Positions 1 through 6,085 of a stretch of 7,186 nucleotides of DNA are shown one piece after another. Each line of letters begins with the position of its first letter. The stretch's first letter is position 1. Origin of the DNA: a virus. Its lineage: Duplodnaviria; Heunggongvirae; Uroviricota; Caudoviricetes. The notes beneath the pieces are model-generated. The model did no database searches. It was not told the DNA's origin and worked only from the letters and a program-made list of their open reading frames with translations. The stretch lies in IMG/VR virus record IMGVR_UViG_2660238486_000009. The stretch is one strand, 5' to 3'. Both the position numbers and the translations under genes were made by a program.

Positions 1-204
1 ATGTCCACAGCCCTGACGGGGAACTTCTCTGCGGGAGTGTGCGGGGATAATCAAAAACGATGCACACCGGGTTTTCTCATTTTTCACGAGATGGGAGCGA
101 TTTCCCGCGAAGCCGCCTGTCCGGTGCGGTGGTGGAAGAAACCGGATAAAACAACCGCATTGTGCAAATATCGATCAAATATGGTGCTGCTGTGTGAAAT
201 CTGA
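1..204 (+). CDS. Hypothetical small protein (67 aa, 5 Cys), possibly 5'-truncated by the window edge
   Basis: ORF on the same strand as the downstream packaging genes, ending 56 bp before the putative terS start. It begins at base 1, so an upstream start cannot be excluded. No motif I can assign (no clear HNH, HTH or lysis signature). Confidence 0.3.
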   Translation: MSTALTGNFSAGVCGDNQKRCTPGFLIFHEMGAISREAACPVRWWKKPDKTTALCKYRSNMVLLCEI

Positions 205-259
205 AAAATCACAGCGGTCATTATGCATCAGTTTTTAACACAGGACGTCAGAACGTGAC

Positions 260-1066
260 ATGGCAAAGCTGGACTGGAAAAAGCTGGAGCAGGCATTCCG
301 ACGCGAACATGCCGAAACGGGAATAACATTACTGGACTGGTGCCGGAAGAAAAAGATTAATTACAACACCGCCAGAACCCGTATAAAAATGGGCAAAATC
401 GATCATGAAATTGATCATAAAACCGATCATGAAATCGATCATGACATCTCAGATGAAGAACCCTGCAATGACGCGGGTTCCGGCGATGAAAAATGCGCAA
501 AAAACTCTGAAAAAAACTGCGCAAATTCGGCAGAAACGAAACGGATTCGTGGTTCCCGACTTTTACCACCTTCAAACGCTTTTTCTCAGCGAAACACCCA
601 CGCCGTAAGACACCGTGGATATGCGAAGTATCTTGAGGCAGATAACCTCATGGATGATGCGTCCGACATGGTGCTGTTCGATGAACTGGTGTTCACCCGG
701 GCCCGCGCACTTTCAGTAACTAAGGCACTTAAAGGGATGTTCGCCGACCTGGAAGAGGCAACTGACGTGGAAACCCGTGTTGCTCTTTACGACAAAATAC
801 TCAAAGCTGAACAGGCCCTTGACCGGAATATTGCCCGTATCGAGTCAATTGAACGCTCATTGCTGACGCTGGACGTCCTGGCTGAGACAGCACCAAAACT
901 TCGTGCTGACCGGGAAAGAATCAACGCCGCCAGAGATAAACTCAGAGCTGAAACCGATATTCTGACCAACCAGCGTCGGGGCGTTGTTACGCCTGTCAGT
1001 GACATCGTGTCATCGCTGCATGAAATGAGTAATTCGGGGAGACTGGATGACATTCCGGAAGAATGA
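260..1066 (+). CDS. Putative terminase small subunit (TerS), 268 aa
   Basis: Sits immediately upstream of, and overlaps by 20 nt, the large terminase gene. The N-terminus (ITLLDWCRKKKINYNTARTRI) looks like the helix-turn-helix DNA-binding domain of small terminases. The C-terminal half is predicted helical/coiled-coil (LKAEQALDRNIARIESIERSLL...RERINAARDKLRAE), consistent with an oligomerisation domain. It is longer than typical TerS proteins (about 140-180 aa) because of an acidic His/Asp-repeat linker. Start codon is uncertain (weak SD; an in-frame ATG at 389 is an alternative). Confidence 0.55.
   Translation: MAKLDWKKLEQAFRREHAETGITLLDWCRKKKINYNTARTRIKMGKIDHEIDHKTDHEIDHDISDEEPCNDAGSGDEKCAKNSEKNCANSAETKRIRGSRLLPPSNAFSQRNTHAVRHRGYAKYLEADNLMDDASDMVLFDELVFTRARALSVTKALKGMFADLEEATDVETRVALYDKILKAEQALDRNIARIESIERSLLTLDVLAETAPKLRADRERINAARDKLRAETDILTNQRRGVVTPVSDIVSSLHEMSNSGRLDDIPEE
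401..448 (+). repeat. Four tandem 12-bp repeats, each beginning with GATC (GATCATGAAATT / GATCATAAAACC / GATCATGAAATC / GATCATGACATC)
   Basis: Read directly from the sequence: GATC at 401, 413, 425 and 437 with exact 12-bp periodicity. In the terS frame it encodes IDHE-IDHK-TDHE-IDHD. Confidence 0.9.
486..545 (+). other. Helically phased A-tracts (candidate intrinsically bent DNA) within terS
   Basis: A-runs at 489-493 (A5), 499-504 (A6), 510-516 (A7), 523-525, 534-536 and 539-541, spaced about 10-11 bp apart, with TGCGCAAA occurring twice (494-501 and 518-525). Curvature is inferred from the phasing, not computed. Confidence 0.5.
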
Positions 1067-2753
1067 ACCGCGATGTGATGAGCCGTCAGAAATGACCGAG
1101 GCTGAACAACGTCTGTTCATCATGACTAAACTGAGCAATCCCTGGTGGCGGCTCAATCATCTCTACAAAATACAGAACGAAAAAGGTGAACTGGTCACCT
1201 TCAGAATGCGACCGGCGCAGCGCCAGTTGTTCCGGAGCATGCACAATAAAAATATTATCCTGAAAGCGCGCCAGGTGGGATTTTCCACAGCCATTGATAT
1301 TTATCTTCTCGACCAGGCATTATTCATTCCGCATCTCAAATGCGGGATCGTCGCTCAGGATAAACAGGCTGCCAGTGAAATTTTCCGCACAAAAATTGCT
1401 GTACCGTTTGATCATCTCCCTGACTGGCTGAGAGCCTCATTCACCATCGTTGAACGTCGTAGCGGTGCCAGCGGTGGCTATATCCTGTTTGGTCACGGCT
1501 CGAGTATCCAGGTGGCAACCTCATTCCGTTCAGGTACGGTGCAGCGCCTGCATATCTCAGAGCACGGCAAAATTTGCGCGAAATATCCGGCTAAGGCGAA
1601 AGAACTGCGAACCGGTACGCTTAATGCCGTCTCTGATGAATGCATTATTTTTGATGAGTCCACTGCTGAAGGCGTGGGTGGTGATTTTTACGAGATGAGT
1701 AACCGAGCACAGGAGATCACTGCATCAGGCTTATTGCTGACGGCACAGGATTATAAATTCCATTTTTACGCCTGGTGGCAGGATCCTAAATACAGCGCCA
1801 GAGTGCCGGAAAGCGGGCTGAAGCTGTCACGGGAAAAAATGACGTATTTTTCTGCGGTTGAGAAGGCAATGAACATCACGCTTACTGATGAACAGAAGCA
1901 GTGGTACATCAATAAGGAAACTGAACAGCGTGAGGAAATGAAGCAGGAGTTTCCCTCAACGCCACAGGAGGCGTTTCTGACGTCCGGACGACGTGTGTTC
2001 AGTGCCGAAAGTACGTTGCAGGCAGAATCATTCTGTTCGCCACCGATGATTGTTTATGACATTGAACCTGTTACAGGAGCGAAGACTAAAGCTCAGTCTC
2101 TGCGTGAAGGAAATAAAAACGAGTTGCAGCGGACGCTGATGAATTATCTGCTGGTATGGGAACTGCCGGATCCGGATGAAGAGTATGTTTGTGGGGCAGA
2201 TACTGCCGAAGGGCTGGAGCACGGAGACCGCTCATCGCTGGATGTTGTCAAACGCAGTAATGGCGAGCAGGTGGCTCACTGGTTCGGGCATCTCGATGCT
2301 GAACTTTTTGCTCATCTCATTTCGCAGGTCTGTCGTATGTATAACAACGCGTTTGTGGGGCCGGAGCGTAATAATCACGGACATGCAGTTATCCTGAAAC
2401 TCCGGGAACTCTATCCGACACGTTATATCTACAACGAACAGCATCTTGACCAGGCATATGACGACGATACGCCCCGCCTTGGCTGGCTGACAACCCGTCA
2501 GAGCAAACCTGTTCTGACCGAAGGAATGAAAACGCTTCTGAATAATGGAATATCAGGGATCCGCTGGTCAGGCACATTATCGGAAATGAACACCTACGTT
2601 TATGACGCGAAAGGCTCCATGAATGCACAGGAAGGCTGCTTTGATGATCAGCTCATGAGCTACATGATTGCCCAGGAGATGCGCGCCAGAATGCCGGTGA
2701 GGGTAAAACAGAAAACGGATAAACGCAGAACCACACACTGGATGGCACACTGA
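1047..2753 (+). CDS. Terminase large subunit (TerL), ATPase + nuclease, 568 aa
   Basis: Deviant terminase-type Walker A, KARQVGFST (nt 1263-1289), preceded by a Q-motif-like RPAQRQLF. Walker B plus coupling motif CIIFDEST (Asp-Glu at nt 1653-1658). C-terminal RNaseH-like nuclease signature VCGADTAEG...DRSSLDVV with a distal acidic CFDDQ. SD GGGGAG at 1035-1040, 6 nt before the ATG at 1047. The start could alternatively be the in-frame ATG at 1092. Confidence 0.85.
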   Translation: MTFRKNEPRCDEPSEMTEAEQRLFIMTKLSNPWWRLNHLYKIQNEKGELVTFRMRPAQRQLFRSMHNKNIILKARQVGFSTAIDIYLLDQALFIPHLKCGIVAQDKQAASEIFRTKIAVPFDHLPDWLRASFTIVERRSGASGGYILFGHGSSIQVATSFRSGTVQRLHISEHGKICAKYPAKAKELRTGTLNAVSDECIIFDESTAEGVGGDFYEMSNRAQEITASGLLLTAQDYKFHFYAWWQDPKYSARVPESGLKLSREKMTYFSAVEKAMNITLTDEQKQWYINKETEQREEMKQEFPSTPQEAFLTSGRRVFSAESTLQAESFCSPPMIVYDIEPVTGAKTKAQSLREGNKNELQRTLMNYLLVWELPDPDEEYVCGADTAEGLEHGDRSSLDVVKRSNGEQVAHWFGHLDAELFAHLISQVCRMYNNAFVGPERNNHGHAVILKLRELYPTRYIYNEQHLDQAYDDDTPRLGWLTTRQSKPVLTEGMKTLLNNGISGIRWSGTLSEMNTYVYDAKGSMNAQEGCFDDQLMSYMIAQEMRARMPVRVKQKTDKRRTTHWMAH

Positions 2754-4897
2754 TGAAAAATGAAATTAACACCACAGCGATGAAAAACGATCATGGATCC
2801 ACGCCGCGTTTTTCTCAGCGTCAGTTACTGTCTCTCTGTTCTGATATTGACAGTCAGCCTCTCTGGCGTGATGCCGCAAACAAGGCCTGTGCGTATTATG
2901 ATGGCGACCAGCTGGCACCGGAAGTTATCCAGGTACTGAAAGATCGCGGTCAGCCCATGACCATCCATAACCTCATTGCCCCCACGGTAGATGGTGTACT
3001 GGGAATGGAGGCAAAAACAAGAACGGACCTGATAGTGATGTCAGACGATCCGAACGATGAAACAGAGAAACTGGCAGAGGCCATTAATGCGGAGTTTGCT
3101 GATGCGTGCCGTCTTGGCAACATGAATAAGGCCCGCTCCGATGCCTATGCGGAACAAATCAAGGCGGGCCTCAGTTGGGTGGAGGTCAGACGAAACAGTG
3201 ATCCGTTCGGGCCTGAATTTAAGGTGTCTACTGTCAGCCGGAATGAGGTTTTCTGGGACTGGCTGAGCCGGGAGGCTGATTTAAGTGACTGCCGCTGGCT
3301 GATGCGTCGCCGCTGGATGGATACCGATGAGGCAAAAGCTACATTCCCGGGAATGGCTCAGGTTATCGATTATGCCATTGATGACTGGCGTGGTTTTGTC
3401 GATACCACGGTTACTGAAGGCCAGCCCAGTCCGTTGATGAGTGCATGGGAAGAGTATCAGTCATGGGATCGACAGCAGAACGAATGGCTTCAGCGTGAAC
3501 GCCGTCGTGTGCTGCTTCAGGTGGTTTATTACCGTACATTCGAGCGTCTTCCGGTGATTGAACTCAGTAATGGACGGGTGGTGGCCTTTGATAAAAATAA
3601 TCTGATGCAGGCGGTAGCTGTGGCATCCGGGCGGGTTCAGGTGAAAGTCGGGCGGGTAAGCCGTATTCGTGAAGCCTGGTTTGTCGGGCCGCACTTTATT
3701 GTGGATCGCCCCTGTAGTGCTCCGCAGGGGATGTTTCCGCTGGTTCCTTTCTGGGGATACCGAAAGGATAAAACCGGGGAGCCATACGGGCTAATTTCCC
3801 GCGCCATTCCGGCACAGGATGAGGTGAATTTTCGTCGTATCAAGCTGACCTGGTTGCTTCAGGCCAAACGTGTGATTATGGACGAGGATGCCACCCAGTT
3901 GTCAGACAACGACCTGATGGAGCAGCTCGAACGTCCGGATGGCATTATTAAACTGAATCCGGTCCGAAAAAATCAGAAAAGTGTCGCAGATGTTTTTCGG
4001 GTTGAGCAGGATTTTCAGGTTGCCAGCCAGCAGTTTCAGGTCATGCAGGAATCGGAAAAACTTATCCAGGATACCATGGGAGTGTATTCCGCATTTCTCG
4101 GGCAGGATTCAGGTGCGACGTCAGGCGTGGCTATCAGTAACCTGGTGGAGCAGGGGGCCACAACCCTTGCGGAAATCAACGATAACTACCAGTTTGCCTG
4201 CCAGCAGGTGGGAAGACTGTTGCTGGCTTATCTTCTCGATGACCTGAAAAAACGCCGTAATCATGCAGTGGTGATTAATCGCGATGATCGCCAGCGTCGC
4301 CAGACCATTGTCCTCAATGCTGAAGGTGATAATGGTGAACTGACCAATGATATTTCAAGGTTAAATACACATATTGCGCTGGCGCCTGTTCAGCAGACAC
4401 CGGCGTTTAAGGCACAGCTTGCACAGAGAATGTCAGAGGTTATTCAGGGGCTGCCGCCTCAGGTGCAGGCTGTTGTGCTCGACCTGTGGGTTAATCTTCT
4501 GGATGTGCCGCAGAAACAGGAGTTTGTTGAGCGTATTCGTGCTGCGCTGGGGACGCCAAAATCACCGGATGAAATGACGCCGGAAGAACAGGAAGTAGCG
4601 GCACAACAACAGGCACTTCAGCAACAACAGGCAGAACTCCAGATGCGCGAGATGGCTGGCAGAGTGGCAAAACTGGAAGCTGACGCCGCCAGGGCACATG
4701 CAGCTGCACAACGGGATAATGCCAGTGCACAGCGGGAAGTCGCCCTGACACAGGGGCAGCGTTATGTGGATGCGCTTAACCAGGCACATACGGCAGAAAT
4801 CATTACCGGCGTACAGAATATGGAACAGGAGCAGGACGTTCTTCAGCAACAGATGCTGTATACGTTACAACAGCGGATGAATGAAATGTCGCTCTGA
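2753..4897 (+). CDS. Portal protein, 714 aa, with a long C-terminal Q-rich helical/coiled-coil tail
   Basis: Position directly downstream of TerL with a TGATG stop/start overlap. Length fits P22-like portals (about 700-725 aa). C-terminal roughly 110 residues are Gln/Ala-rich and predicted helical (EEQEVAAQQQALQQQQAELQMREMAGRVAKLEADAARAHAAAQ...), resembling the P22 portal barrel. Call rests on synteny, size and composition, not a homology search. Confidence 0.75.
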   Translation: MKNEINTTAMKNDHGSTPRFSQRQLLSLCSDIDSQPLWRDAANKACAYYDGDQLAPEVIQVLKDRGQPMTIHNLIAPTVDGVLGMEAKTRTDLIVMSDDPNDETEKLAEAINAEFADACRLGNMNKARSDAYAEQIKAGLSWVEVRRNSDPFGPEFKVSTVSRNEVFWDWLSREADLSDCRWLMRRRWMDTDEAKATFPGMAQVIDYAIDDWRGFVDTTVTEGQPSPLMSAWEEYQSWDRQQNEWLQRERRRVLLQVVYYRTFERLPVIELSNGRVVAFDKNNLMQAVAVASGRVQVKVGRVSRIREAWFVGPHFIVDRPCSAPQGMFPLVPFWGYRKDKTGEPYGLISRAIPAQDEVNFRRIKLTWLLQAKRVIMDEDATQLSDNDLMEQLERPDGIIKLNPVRKNQKSVADVFRVEQDFQVASQQFQVMQESEKLIQDTMGVYSAFLGQDSGATSGVAISNLVEQGATTLAEINDNYQFACQQVGRLLLAYLLDDLKKRRNHAVVINRDDRQRRQTIVLNAEGDNGELTNDISRLNTHIALAPVQQTPAFKAQLAQRMSEVIQGLPPQVQAVVLDLWVNLLDVPQKQEFVERIRAALGTPKSPDEMTPEEQEVAAQQQALQQQQAELQMREMAGRVAKLEADAARAHAAAQRDNASAQREVALTQGQRYVDALNQAHTAEIITGVQNMEQEQDVLQQQMLYTLQQRMNEMSL

Positions 4898-4916
4898 AAA
4901 CTCTGGCTTCAACTGA

Positions 4917-4941
4917 ACCCCGTCATCGTACGGGGTTTTTT
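4917..4941 (+). terminator. Rho-independent (intrinsic) terminator-like hairpin followed by a T-run
   Basis: Perfect 7-bp inverted repeat ACCCCGT (4917-4923) / ACGGGGT (4930-4936) with a 6-nt loop CATCGT, followed by a T-run to 4941 (GGGGTTTTTTG). Lies 20 nt after the portal stop codon. Confidence 0.7.
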
Positions 4942-5054
4942 GTTTCCGGAGGTAAGCGTTCCGGGAGCGGTGCGCTTATTCGCGGGGGCAGCGATAAGCC
5001 TTATTTACTCAACCATTCGGATCTGTCCGATAAACAGACCATGCGGAGTTATTT

Positions 5055-6062
5055 ATGGATTTTGAATTTACGGGTGAAGAAACCCCGGAACAACTGGAAA
5101 AAATGCTGGAAGGACTTGGGGATGTGGATATTGACAGTCACGCACAGGACGTCGTGACGGAAGATACCACGGAAAAACATGCGGATGAGGAAGCACAGAC
5201 TCAGACGGGCGATAACAATGTGGCACCGACGCCGGATGCCAGTGTGGAGCAGACGCAGGACGTGAAGGAGCCGGAAGCGAAGGGGGTGCTCACCCGCGAC
5301 GGTAAACACGTCATTCCCTATGAAGTCCTTGAGGCTGAACGTTCCGGTAAGCAACGGGCCGAACAGGAAGCCGCACTTCTTCGTGGGCAGATAGCTGAAG
5401 AAAAACGCAGGGTGGAACTGCTGACGTCTCAGATCCACCAGGCCGGTATGAAGCCCACACCGTTACCGGAAAACGAAAAAATTTCTGATGAGCAGATTGC
5501 CCGTATCAGGGAGATGTATCCGGAAATTGGTGACGCGGTGGCTTCGCTCATCCGTAAAAATAACTATCTCCAGTCCCGTGTTCAGCAATCAGCACAGCAG
5601 GCAGAAGGTAATGGTGGTGAGGATTTATCACCGGTTCTTGATGCGATGAATGCCGTGCCGGTGCTGAAAACGTGGCAGGAGTCCGATCCAGATCGCTTCT
5701 CGGTTGCTGTATCCATCGACGGGAAGCTCCAGAATGACCCCGCATGGAAAGACAAAACGCTCACTGAACGTTTCGCTGAAGTGGCCCGTCGTACGCAGGT
5801 TGCTTTCGGTGAAGTCAGTGAGTCGTCTGCTGACAACAAGGCAGACAAAACGGATATCCGGAAAACGGCGGAAGAGAAAGTGAAGACCGCTGAACAGGAG
5901 CAGGCAGTACCTGCTTCCCCGTCAGATTTAGGCACCACGGCTTCCGTCGGAACCGGTGATAATTTTGAACGGTTACTTGGCGCTTCTCATTCAGAGGCAG
6001 AGGCGATTATGCGCGGTATGACGAATGCTGAAATAGACGCGCTTCTGGAGAAGCTCGGGTAA
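5055..6062 (+). CDS. Putative scaffolding protein, 335 aa
   Basis: Located between portal and major capsid genes. Strongly acidic N-terminal region (FTGEETPEQLEKMLEGLGDVDIDSHAQDVVTEDTTEKHADEEAQ), Ala/Glu/Lys-rich predicted helical body, and a C-terminal helix-turn-helix-like segment (RLLGASHSEAEAIMRGMTNAEIDALLEKLG). No Ser/His protease motifs seen. GGAG at 5045-5048, 6 nt before the ATG. Confidence 0.6.
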   Translation: MDFEFTGEETPEQLEKMLEGLGDVDIDSHAQDVVTEDTTEKHADEEAQTQTGDNNVAPTPDASVEQTQDVKEPEAKGVLTRDGKHVIPYEVLEAERSGKQRAEQEAALLRGQIAEEKRRVELLTSQIHQAGMKPTPLPENEKISDEQIARIREMYPEIGDAVASLIRKNNYLQSRVQQSAQQAEGNGGEDLSPVLDAMNAVPVLKTWQESDPDRFSVAVSIDGKLQNDPAWKDKTLTERFAEVARRTQVAFGEVSESSADNKADKTDIRKTAEEKVKTAEQEQAVPASPSDLGTTASVGTGDNFERLLGASHSEAEAIMRGMTNAEIDALLEKLG

Positions 6063-6085
6063 CTTACTGAAGGAGAACTGAAGTA

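Noticed and set aside
1-204. HNH endonuclease call for the upstream small ORF
   Set aside because: Although HNH genes often neighbour terminases and the ORF has several Cys, I could not find the His-His/Asn/His core or paired CxxC motifs.
401-448. Possible CRISPR-like array
   Set aside because: Only four imperfect 12-bp units with no spacers, far shorter than CRISPR repeats, and in-frame within a protein-coding gene.
357-575. Minus-strand 72-aa ORF, and plus-strand 67-aa ORF at 405-608, overlapping the terS repeat region
   Set aside because: Both lie wholly inside the terS reading frame. The repeats each contain ATG/CAT, which creates spurious starts. No RBS and low-complexity translation.
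787-1053. Minus-strand 88-aa ORF antisense to the terS C-terminal coding region
   Set aside because: Fully antisense to a better-supported gene. Ser/Leu/Arg-rich translation typical of antisense frames.
1450-2628. Several short ORFs inside terL (1450-1698 +, 2028-2222 -, 2176-2397 +, 2232-2444 -, 2389-2628 -)
   Set aside because: All are nested in the terL frame, which carries clear ATPase and nuclease motifs. None has independent support.
3461-4849. Short ORFs inside or antisense to the portal gene (3461-3694 -, 3637-3843 -, 3981-4247 +, 4374-4577 +, 4491-4751 -, 4562-4849 -)
   Set aside because: Overlapping or antisense frames within a long, well-supported ORF. Cys/Arg/Leu-rich composition typical of non-coding frames.
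5049-5938. Minus-strand ORFs antisense to the scaffold gene (5049-5438, 5548-5745, 5582-5938)
   Set aside because: Antisense to the acidic scaffold ORF, which has an SD-ATG start. No start signals of their own.
5055-6062. Prohead protease call for the gene between portal and coat
   Set aside because: No Ser/His/Asp catalytic motifs of S49, ClpP or HK97-type proteases. Composition is acidic and helical, which fits scaffold better.
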